From Bacilli bacterium (lineage in GTDB: Bacteria; Bacillota_I; Bacilli_A; RFN20; CAG-826): DNA of 64,000 bases. Position 1 is the first letter of the stretch; every line of letters begins with the position of its first letter. The notes beneath the pieces were generated by a model. The model saw nothing but the letters and a program-made list of their open reading frames with translations. It did not search any database and was not told where the DNA came from. The translations under genes and the position numbers were made by a program. This document shows positions 46,273 to 55,749 of this stretch, piece by piece. The stretch is taken from contig JAZLKX010000025.1 of assembly GCA_045597865.1 (NCBI GenBank), forward strand, positions 274,573 through 338,572, given 5' to 3'.

Positions 46273-47412
46273 TTAACGAGTGAAGGCTTTTTTAAATTTA
46301 TCAAATATAGATTCGTCTTTTCCTTCGCTCTTGCGGAACTCTTCAAGAAGTTTCTTTTGTTCTTTTGTGAGTTTGCTTGGTGTTTTAATTTGAACGTGAA
46401 TGTATTGATCGCCAGGAGTTCCTTTACGCATATCTTTAATTCCACGGCCTTTTAATCGAAGAATTTGATTTGGTTGAGTGCCTGCTGGAATTTCAACTTC
46501 GCATTCCCCATAAACTGTCGGAACATCAATTTTTCTACCTAAGGTAGCATCAATGAAACTGATTGGAATATCAATATGAATATCGTTTCCGTCACGTTTG
46601 AAGAATTCATGTGGAAGCATGACAATTTCTAGATACAAATCACCATTTTCACCACCGTTAATTCCGTGTTCGCCTTTACCGCGAATTCTAATTTGCTGTC
46701 CTTCATTAATACCTGCTGGAATATTAACTTCCATATCGCGTTTGATATGGTTATAACCTTTTCCGCCACATTTTGGACATTTATCTTTGATAATTTTTCC
46801 TGTTCCACCGCAATCTGGACATACTTGTTGAGACTCCATCATTCCAAAAATGGAACGTTGTTGAACTCTTACGAAGCCTGCGCCATGACAATGTGGACAT
46901 GTTTGAATATCATTAGCAGTTTTTGCACCAGTTCCATTACAATTTTCACATTTTTCATCATAACTGACTGGGACTAAAACTTTCTTGCCCATGATACAGT
47001 CCATAAATGGAACACGAATTCTTTGGAGGGTGTCTTCACCTCTTTGTGGTCCAAAACTGCGTTGCTGACGACGTGGACCTCCGCCAAAGAATGAGGAGAA
47101 AATATCACCTAAATCTACACCGCCAAAACCTTGTGAGCCAAATCCGGCACCACTAAATGGGTTGCCTTGGCCACCAGTTGATGCACCTTGTTCAAATGCA
47201 GCCATACCGAATTGATCGTACATTTGACGTTTTTTATCATCATAAAGTACATCGTAAGCTTCTTGGACTTCTTTAAATTTCTCTTCGGCACCTGGCTCTT
47301 TATTAATGTCAGGGTGATACTTTTTAGCGAGTTTACGATAGGCTGATTTAATCTCATCTTTTGTGGATGATTTACTACAACCTAAGACTTCATAGAAATC
47401 TCGTTTTGCCAT
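46273..47412 (-). CDS. dnaJ: Molecular chaperone DnaJ
   Basis: J domain (HPD), G/F region, four CxxCxGxG zinc repeats. Confidence 0.95.
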   Translation of the reverse strand: MAKRDFYEVLGCSKSSTKDEIKSAYRKLAKKYHPDINKEPGAEEKFKEVQEAYDVLYDDKKRQMYDQFGMAAFEQGASTGGQGNPFSGAGFGSQGFGGVDLGDIFSSFFGGGPRRQQRSFGPQRGEDTLQRIRVPFMDCIMGKKVLVPVSYDEKCENCNGTGAKTANDIQTCPHCHGAGFVRVQQRSIFGMMESQQVCPDCGGTGKIIKDKCPKCGGKGYNHIKRDMEVNIPAGINEGQQIRIRGKGEHGINGGENGDLYLEIVMLPHEFFKRDGNDIHIDIPISFIDATLGRKIDVPTVYGECEVEIPAGTQPNQILRLKGRGIKDMRKGTPGDQYIHVQIKTPSKLTKEQKKLLEEFRKSEGKDESIFDKFKKAFTR

Positions 47413-47430
47413 AATTTCTCCTTTCTTTCT

Positions 47431-47461
47431 AATAAAGCGAAGGGGCAGTTAGCCCCATCGC
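47431..47461 (-). terminator. Hairpin (partial terminator or processing site) between dnaK and dnaJ
   Basis: Minus-strand GCGATGGGGC-TAACT-GCCCCTTCGC (one mismatch) followed by UUUAUU. Confidence 0.5.
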
Positions 47462-47482
47462 TAATTTGTAACTTAAGAACTA

Positions 47483-49318
<1,836 letters not shown>

Positions 49319-49333
49319 TTATTAATCCTCCGA

Positions 49334-49888
49334 TTAGGCGTCTAATTTTAGACTTTCTTGTAAATTGTTTTGTTTTTCGTCTTTTTTATTTGTGGAGACT
49401 ACCACAATTGCTGGGCGAATGAGATGGTCATGAAGTTTGTAGCCACAGACATTTACTTTTAGTACTCTGTTTGGTTTTCCTTCATCTTCAACCGCTTCAA
49501 TCGCGGACATTGTATTTGGATCGAATTGATCATCAACTTTTGGAGATATTTCAGCAACGCCTTCATTTTCTAGAACGCTAACCATGTTTCTATAAATGAA
49601 TTCAAATCCTGTTAAGAAATTTTGCATTTCTTGTGAGGTTGCCTTACATTGTAAGGCCATATGGAAGCCATCTAGAATTGGAAGTAAGTTTTCAACGAAT
49701 CCTGCAGCACGATATTTGATTGCTTCGCGATGATCTTTTTCTACTGAATCACGGAGATTTTTCATATCAGCATATGCACGATAATACTCATTTTTCCAAT
49801 GCTCTACATCACTTGTGAGCTTTGCTATTTGTTCCTGAGCTTTGTTTTCCTTTTTGGTTTCCTTGATTTGCTCTTTGGTTTCCTTCAC
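49334..49888 (-). CDS. grpE: Nucleotide exchange factor GrpE (GTG start)
   Basis: 184 aa with GrpE dimerisation helix and beta domain. GTG start 7 nt after SD AAGGAG. Confidence 0.9.
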   Translation of the reverse strand: MKETKEQIKETKKENKAQEQIAKLTSDVEHWKNEYYRAYADMKNLRDSVEKDHREAIKYRAAGFVENLLPILDGFHMALQCKATSQEMQNFLTGFEFIYRNMVSVLENEGVAEISPKVDDQFDPNTMSAIEAVEDEGKPNRVLKVNVCGYKLHDHLIRPAIVVVSTNKKDEKQNNLQESLKLDA

Positions 49889-50906
49889 GTTTTATCTCCT
49901 TTCTTTCTCCGGAATATCTTCTCTCTAACTCGTTAATGAGGTATTCCATTGAAGTAACGACTTTGTCGTAATCCATTCTTTTTGGACCGACGATTGCGAT
50001 TGAGCCTTCCTTTTGTCCAGGTATTTTAACTTTTGCTGAGATGATAGAGACATCTTCATCACCGGATTGTTCACCACCGATGTGAATTGAGATTTCATTA
50101 TCTCCGTCTTCTTCTACTTCTCTAAATACTTCTGGAGATTCGAACATTTCAAGTAGTTTGCGAATCTTTGCGGCATCATCTTTAAATTCAGGTTGTTCGA
50201 ATAAGACATCTTTTCCATAAGCGCTTAAACGATCTTTTGCGAATCCCACGAATGCTTCAAGCATAGCTTGGTAAATGACATCATGATCAATTACATAGTC
50301 ATTTAAGAGTGGCTTGATAGCTTTCATCTTAGGAATTAATTCTGAGATTGATGTGCCTTTAAGTCTTTCATTAAGTAACTTGACACAACTCTCGACATCG
50401 GTAAGCGGAGTCTTTTCATTTATTACGAACGTTTTGTTTTCTACATAACCCTGATCTGTAATAAATACACAAGTCGCGGATGTATCGGAAATTGGAATAA
50501 TTTGAACCGAGACGAGTTTTTCTTGTGTGGCATTTGGCCCGAGTACAATGCTTGCTAATGAAGTCATTTGTGACAAGATCTCACAAGATTCTTTAATTAC
50601 ATCGTCGATTGATTGAATTTTTTCATCCAAGATGCTTTGCATCTGATATTTAAATTCATCTGAGACAGAACGCTCTCTAAGGTTTTCAATGTAGTATCTA
50701 TATCCTTTAGATGAAGGCACACGTCCACTTGATGTATGTGTTTTTTCTAAGAAGCCTTGTTGCTCTAAGGAATTCATCTCTGCACGAATTGTGGCACCTG
50801 AGTACTCTAGGCCATAATTTTCAATGAGAGTTTTACTACCAACTGGTTCTGCTGTTTTAATAAAGTGTTCAACAATCAACTTTAGAACTCGGTCTCTACG
50901 ATTCAT
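49809..50906 (-). CDS. hrcA: Heat-inducible transcription repressor HrcA
   Basis: 365 aa with N-terminal wHTH (RDRVLKLIVEHFIKTAEPVGS) and CIRCE operators upstream. The 3' end overlaps grpE by 80 nt. Confidence 0.9.
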   Translation of the reverse strand: MNRRDRVLKLIVEHFIKTAEPVGSKTLIENYGLEYSGATIRAEMNSLEQQGFLEKTHTSSGRVPSSKGYRYYIENLRERSVSDEFKYQMQSILDEKIQSIDDVIKESCEILSQMTSLASIVLGPNATQEKLVSVQIIPISDTSATCVFITDQGYVENKTFVINEKTPLTDVESCVKLLNERLKGTSISELIPKMKAIKPLLNDYVIDHDVIYQAMLEAFVGFAKDRLSAYGKDVLFEQPEFKDDAAKIRKLLEMFESPEVFREVEEDGDNEISIHIGGEQSGDEDVSIISAKVKIPGQKEGSIAIVGPKRMDYDKVVTSMEYLINELERRYSGERKEIKREGNQRANQGNQKGKQSSGTNSKAHK

Positions 50907-50919
50907 TTCCTTTCTCCTT

Positions 50920-50946
50920 TTGGCACTCTTTTTCCCTGAGTGCTAA
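50920..50946. promoter_or_regulatory. CIRCE operator 1 (TTGGCACTC-N9-GAGTGCTAA)
   Basis: 1 mismatch to TTAGCACTC-N9-GAGTGCTAA. Lies between the promoter -10 and the hrcA SD. Confidence 0.85.
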
Positions 50947-50954
50947 CACCGATA

Positions 50955-50982
50955 ATTATAAGAATGATTTTGGCACTGTCAA
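50955..50982 (-). promoter_or_regulatory. Consensus sigma-A promoter of the hrcA-grpE-dnaK-dnaJ operon (TTGACA-16 nt-TATAAT)
   Basis: Minus-strand TTGACA at 50977-50982 and TATAAT at 50955-50960. Confidence 0.75.
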
Positions 50983-50996
50983 GCGATAAGTGCTAA
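50970..50996. promoter_or_regulatory. CIRCE operator 2 (overlaps the -35)
   Basis: TTGGCACTG-N9-AAGTGCTAA, 3 mismatches to consensus. Confidence 0.65.
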
Positions 50997-51007
50997 TTTT
51001 ATAAATA

Positions 51008-51032
51008 ATAAAAAAATATCCACATAGTGGAT
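51008..51032 (-). terminator. Probable hemW terminator
   Basis: ATCCAC-TAT-GTGGAT hairpin followed on the minus strand by AUUUUUUUAUU. Confidence 0.5.
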
Positions 51033-51037
51033 AAAAT

Positions 51038-51064
51038 TTAGCAATCTTTTAGCACGAGTGCCAA
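51038..51064. promoter_or_regulatory. CIRCE-like inverted repeat 3 (abuts the hemW stop)
   Basis: TTAGCAATC-N9-GAGTGCCAA, 2 mismatches. Located upstream of the hemW terminator hairpin. Confidence 0.5.
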
Positions 51065-52159
51065 TTACATTAATTTTAGTATAACAAAATCCATCAAAAG
51101 CATACCTTCATCAGTAAGCTTTATCCTATCTGGAGTTACATCAATTAAGTTTGTTAAGAAAAATCCTTTTATTTTATCTCCAAATACATCTTCAAAATCT
51201 CTTCCAAATTTTTGCTTAAATTCTTGTCTGGAGAATCCTTGTTCCATCCTAAAATTAGTTATCAAAAAATATTCTAAATTTTCTTCTGGAGAGACAAGAG
51301 ACTTTTCTTTAACAAAGTTAAAATTATTATATTCCCTTAATGATTTTGTGTTTGTGTACCTATTCCCATTTACAAAACCAGATGCGCCAAGACCACATCC
51401 ATAATATTCTTGGTTTTTCCAATAAGTTATATTATGACGAGAATATTTCCCATTTCTTGCAAAATTAGAAACTTCATATCTTTCATAGCCGTTTGCACGT
51501 AAAGTTTTTAAGATTACCTCGTAGAATTTTCTTGATGGACCTTCTCTTTGTTCTTTTACACCTTTGGTGTACAAAATTGAACCAGGTTCAACAATTAATG
51601 AATAAATTGAAATATGATCGATATCTAATTCAATAAAATTAGCTAAATCTTTCTTCAATTGTCTAAGACTTTGATGTTTGAAGCCGTAAATAAGGTCAAT
51701 ATTTATATTATCGAATCCAAGTCCCTTAGCTAGTGAAACAACGCGTCTAGCGTCCTCAAAAGTATGATTTCTGCCAATTTCTTTTAAAAGTTTGTCGTTC
51801 GTTGATTGAACTCCAATAGAAATTCTATTAACTCCGCACTTTTTCATTATCAAAAGCTTAGATTTAGTTAAGTTTTCAACATTGGCTTCAACAGTAAATT
51901 CATAATCTTCTGCTAAAAATTGTTTGGCAAACGTAAGAATTCTTTCAAAACCTTCATCGCTTAAAGCTGTTGGGGTTCCGCCACCAAAGTATAATGTCTT
52001 AACTTTGTTAATGTGGTAAGATTCAATCTCTTTTATAAGCGAATCTAGATACTCTTTTTCATATTTTTCAAAATAAAAAAGTTTTGTGAAATCACAATAA
52101 GTACATATGTGGTCACAAAACGGAATGTGTATATAAAGGGATTGAGGTTTAATTGTCAT
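51065..52159 (-). CDS. hemW: Radical SAM heme chaperone HemW (HemN-like, YqeR)
   Basis: 364 aa with YIHIPFCDHICTYCDF (CxxxCxxC). The lepA...hemW-hrcA order matches Bacillus. Confidence 0.9.
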   Translation of the reverse strand: MTIKPQSLYIHIPFCDHICTYCDFTKLFYFEKYEKEYLDSLIKEIESYHINKVKTLYFGGGTPTALSDEGFERILTFAKQFLAEDYEFTVEANVENLTKSKLLIMKKCGVNRISIGVQSTNDKLLKEIGRNHTFEDARRVVSLAKGLGFDNINIDLIYGFKHQSLRQLKKDLANFIELDIDHISIYSLIVEPGSILYTKGVKEQREGPSRKFYEVILKTLRANGYERYEVSNFARNGKYSRHNITYWKNQEYYGCGLGASGFVNGNRYTNTKSLREYNNFNFVKEKSLVSPEENLEYFLITNFRMEQGFSRQEFKQKFGRDFEDVFGDKIKGFFLTNLIDVTPDRIKLTDEGMLLMDFVILKLM

Positions 52160-52406
52160 CGTCGGCTTGATGTTTCATTGCCTCGTCCATTTGTCTTTGA
52201 GTTTCATCATCAACTGGGACTAAAATACGATCAAGTTCTTCTTTAGCGGCTTCTTCTTCAGACATTTCGTCTTTTTTTATTTGCAAAGGTTTTACCTTTC
52301 TTTTAACAAGAATGACTGCTAAAACGATTAAGCCAAAGAAGGCTACTAAGATTAGGACGATTGCCCATGCTGGCATTTCTGCTGCTAATGTAATTGTTGG
52401 TTTCAT
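52149..52406 (-). CDS. Small single-pass membrane protein with an acidic C-terminal tail (hypothetical)
   Basis: 85 aa with one TM helix (WAIVLILVAFFGLIVLAVILV). Overlaps the hemW start by 11 nt and lies 14 nt after the Fic-like gene. Confidence 0.5.
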   Translation of the reverse strand: MKPTITLAAEMPAWAIVLILVAFFGLIVLAVILVKRKVKPLQIKKDEMSEEEAAKEELDRILVPVDDETQRQMDEAMKHQADDDN

Positions 52407-52420
52407 AATATGCTCCTATT

Positions 52421-53848
52421 TTACTCTTTATCGATTGGTGTGTAAACAAACTTGTTTTTGATTTGCTCGCGTCTATAGTATCCACGATAAGCGAGATTAT
52501 CCATGGATGTACGAGCTGTTTCATAAACACAACCTTCAAATCTCTTATATTCTTGGATTGTGTAGAATTTACCTTTTGTGCAATGTCTCACATAAAAGTG
52601 AGCTTGTCCTTTTTTGATATATGGATCAGACTCTAAAATATCAATTTCACGAGCTTTAAGTTCTTTTTCTGATAAATCAGAAGTCGGTCTATTATCAATT
52701 GGTTTTTGTGGAGCAGCATGCACAGCAGGCGCAACAACAGGTGCTGGTGCTGGTCTTGTTGCTACTTCAGGTGTTGGTATAGGTTGTGGGCGCGCTTCTT
52801 CGAAAATGTCTTTTGCTGGTTCGATTCCAAACTCTTCTTTAAACTTCTTTGCATCATCGCCCATCGTAATTGTAGCTTCCAATGCTTTAGCATTTACTTG
52901 AACGATCCTATCTATAATTGCATCAAAAGCTGCATTAATTGAATCGTTTCCTTTAAGAAGAGCGTAAGTAAAGTCATGAGATTTTAAAACTTCTCTTGAA
53001 ATTTCTCCAAATAAATCTTTATCGTTTAGAATTAACTCTAATGGAACATAAACTGAAGCAAGAGACAATCCAGATGAAGAAAGAATAGCTTTTGCGGCGA
53101 TAAGAGAAATTTCTAAATTAAAATCTTCAAATGGTTTAATATAATTAAACATAAAGATTGTCGCCACTAATCGTGTGAGTAATGAATGATTTCTGTCATT
53201 TGCAAATGCAATGACTGAATTCATCATATCTTCGATAAGATGTGCTGGAACACCATTGTTAAATTCTGCTCCAACAAGGAATCTTGAAGATGGAGAATTT
53301 GAATCATTTACTCTGTAAAAAGATGTTAATTCTTCTTGACCTTTTAAGATAGCATAGTAATTCGCTAAAAATTCTTCTCCAAATTGTTCATATGATGCTT
53401 TTGATAATCTTTCAAGAGCATTAAAGTAATTGATAATTACTTGATATCTTTCATCATTACATTGATGTTCGATAATGTTTTGAAGTGTAATTTCTGAAAC
53501 ATCAATGTTATTAAATTTAGCAACGCACTTAAGTGCGGTTTTTAACATATCGTGAGTTAAAGTATATTTGGCAATAGAACCATTCATGAGCTTATCAAAC
53601 AAAGCATCGCACTTACTGACGCGTCCAATAATCTCACCCATAATGTTAATCACCTTTGGTGTTTGTGTTAAATTAAAATGAAAATGAGCATTGTCAAAGA
53701 TTGGAAGTTCAACTGCCATTCCTCTTCTATAGACAATTATTTCTCTCCAAATTTGATCAATAAGGTTTGTGCCAAGAGATTTTGCGACTTCCATACGAGT
53801 CATATATTTCTCATTGGTGAATTTTACATTTAATTCTGATCCTGCCAT
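52421..53848 (-). CDS. Fic/DOC-fold protein with a degenerate active-site motif, Pro/Ala-rich linker and C-terminal wHTH-like domain
   Basis: 475 aa. VPAHLIEDMMNSVIAF...IKPFEDFNLEISLIAAKAIL aligns to the Fic core HPFxDGNGRxxR but reads KPFEDFNLE. C-terminus FYTIQEYKRFEGCVYETARTSMDNL resembles the Fic-associated wHTH. Confidence 0.5.
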   Translation of the reverse strand: MAGSELNVKFTNEKYMTRMEVAKSLGTNLIDQIWREIIVYRRGMAVELPIFDNAHFHFNLTQTPKVINIMGEIIGRVSKCDALFDKLMNGSIAKYTLTHDMLKTALKCVAKFNNIDVSEITLQNIIEHQCNDERYQVIINYFNALERLSKASYEQFGEEFLANYYAILKGQEELTSFYRVNDSNSPSSRFLVGAEFNNGVPAHLIEDMMNSVIAFANDRNHSLLTRLVATIFMFNYIKPFEDFNLEISLIAAKAILSSSGLSLASVYVPLELILNDKDLFGEISREVLKSHDFTYALLKGNDSINAAFDAIIDRIVQVNAKALEATITMGDDAKKFKEEFGIEPAKDIFEEARPQPIPTPEVATRPAPAPVVAPAVHAAPQKPIDNRPTSDLSEKELKAREIDILESDPYIKKGQAHFYVRHCTKGKFYTIQEYKRFEGCVYETARTSMDNLAYRGYYRREQIKNKFVYTPIDKE

Positions 53849-53900
53849 AGCTTTTACCTCGTTGAGAACATTTTATACTATTTAGAAACTTATGTAAATA

Positions 53901-53924
53901 AAAACTACTAATTTTTAACTAAAA
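53901..53924 (-). repeat. Phased direct-repeat motif, copy D (minus strand: TTAGTTA-AAAA-TTAGTAG-TTTT)
   Basis: Half-sites at 53916-53922 and 53905-53911 (11-bp phase). Starts 7 nt after the lepA TGA stop on the minus strand. Confidence 0.6.
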
Positions 53925-53929
53925 ATCTA

Positions 53930-55738
53930 TCAATCTTCATCAATTGAAAGGACAGTCATGAATGCTTCTTGTGGAACTTCTACAGAACCAATTGCTTTCA
54001 TTCTCTTCTTTCCCTCTTTTTGCTTTTCAAGAAGTTTCTTCTTGCGGCTAATATCACCACCATAACATTTAGCAAGAACGTCTTTACGCACAGCCTTAAT
54101 GTCCGCACGTGCGATAATCTTGCCATTTATGGCAGCCTGTACTGGAACTTCAAATTGTTGACGTGGAATTATTTCTTTAAGCTTACGTACAACTACAGAT
54201 CCACGCTCATAAGCGCTACCTTTGTAGACAATGATGCTTAAAGCATCAATTACATCTCCATTAAGAAGAATATCCATCTTTGAAAGGTTTCCTACTTTGT
54301 AGTCGCTATATTCATAATCGAATGATGCATAACCTTTTGTGAATGATTTTAACTTATCAAAGAAATTGTAAACAATTTCTGCTAATGGAAGTTCGTAAGT
54401 TGCAATCATTCTAGTGTCATCAAAATATTCAAGGTTAAGATAAATTCCTCTTCTATTTTGGCAAAGATCCATAACTGCACCAACATACTCCTTTGGAGTC
54501 ATGATTTGAGCTTTAACATATGGTTCTTGAATTTCTTTAATTGTTGTTAGATCTGGAAGTTTGCTTGGGTTATCGAGTTCAATCATTGTGCCATCGCTCT
54601 TGTACACGTGATAAATAACGCTAGGCGCGGTAAGAATTAAATCGAGTCCATATTCTCTTTCCAAACGTTCTTGGACTACGTCCATGTGAAGTAAGCCAAG
54701 GAAACCACATCTAAAACCAAAGCCCAAGGCTTGGGATGTTTCTGGCTCAAATACTAAGGAAGCATCATTTAGAGTTAATTTCTCTAAAGCATCCTTAAGA
54801 TCTAAATATTTCTTAGAATCTACTGGGTATAAACCACAGTAGACCATTGGATTCATTTTTCTATAACCTGGTAAAGCTTCTTTAGCAGGATTACTTAATA
54901 AAGTAACTGTTTCGCCAGGATGGACATCTTTGATGTCCTTAATTTGTGCAGCGACATAACCAACCTCGCCTGCACACAATTCGTCTGTTTTGATTTCTTT
55001 CGGATTTCTGATTCCGACTTCAGTAACAAGATAATCCTTGTTAGCTGCCATTAAATGAATTGTATCGCCAACTTTAACTTTACCTTCTTTAACACGAACC
55101 ATAATAATGACGCCTCTATAGGAATCATAGTATGAGTCGAAGATTAAAGCTTGAAGCGGATTATTATCATCACCTAAAGGTGCTGGAATATAATTCACTA
55201 CCGCTTCAAGGACATCACCAACGTTAAGTCCTGTCTTTGCGGATACAAGGCATGCGTTATCTGCAGGAATGCCTATGCGCTCCTCGATTTCGCGCTTAGC
55301 CATGTCTGGCATTGCGGAAGGTAAATCAATTTTATTGATTACCGGAACAATTTCAAGGTTGTTATCAACTGCTAAATAAACATTTGCAAGTGTTTGAGCT
55401 TCAACTCCTTGAGTTGCATCAACAACTAAAAGACAGCCTTCGCAAGCTGCTAAAGAACGTGATACTTCGTATGAGAAGTCGACATGCCCCGGTGTATCGA
55501 TAAGATTAAATAAATAATCTTCACCGTTTTTAGCATGGTACTTTAAAGTAACAGCATTAAGTTTAATGGTAATGCCTCTTTCTCTTTCAAGATCCATTGA
55601 ATCAAGAAATTGTTCTTTCATTTCCCTTTGGGAAACTGTTTCAGTCAATTCCAAAATTCTATCGGCTAAGGTAGATTTTCCGTGGTCGATATGAGCAATA
55701 ATTGAGAAGTTACGAATGTGTTTCTTGTCGTAATGCAT
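53930..55738 (-). CDS. lepA: Translation elongation factor 4 (LepA)
   Basis: 602 aa with [32 protein letters not shown] and the LepA-specific C-terminal domain. Confidence 0.97.
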   Translation of the reverse strand: MHYDKKHIRNFSIIAHIDHGKSTLADRILELTETVSQREMKEQFLDSMDLERERGITIKLNAVTLKYHAKNGEDYLFNLIDTPGHVDFSYEVSRSLAACEGCLLVVDATQGVEAQTLANVYLAVDNNLEIVPVINKIDLPSAMPDMAKREIEERIGIPADNACLVSAKTGLNVGDVLEAVVNYIPAPLGDDNNPLQALIFDSYYDSYRGVIIMVRVKEGKVKVGDTIHLMAANKDYLVTEVGIRNPKEIKTDELCAGEVGYVAAQIKDIKDVHPGETVTLLSNPAKEALPGYRKMNPMVYCGLYPVDSKKYLDLKDALEKLTLNDASLVFEPETSQALGFGFRCGFLGLLHMDVVQERLEREYGLDLILTAPSVIYHVYKSDGTMIELDNPSKLPDLTTIKEIQEPYVKAQIMTPKEYVGAVMDLCQNRRGIYLNLEYFDDTRMIATYELPLAEIVYNFFDKLKSFTKGYASFDYEYSDYKVGNLSKMDILLNGDVIDALSIIVYKGSAYERGSVVVRKLKEIIPRQQFEVPVQAAINGKIIARADIKAVRKDVLAKCYGGDISRKKKLLEKQKEGKKRMKAIGSVEVPQEAFMTVLSIDED

Positions 55739-55749
55739 ACTTTAAAATA

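Noticed and set aside
53930-53935. Genetic code 4 (TGA read as Trp), suggested by the Mollicutes-like gene content and the TGA-TAG pair at the lepA end
   Set aside because: All long conserved genes are intact under the standard code with no internal TGA. Trp is encoded by TGG, and TGA terminates nusB and lepA at the expected protein ends.
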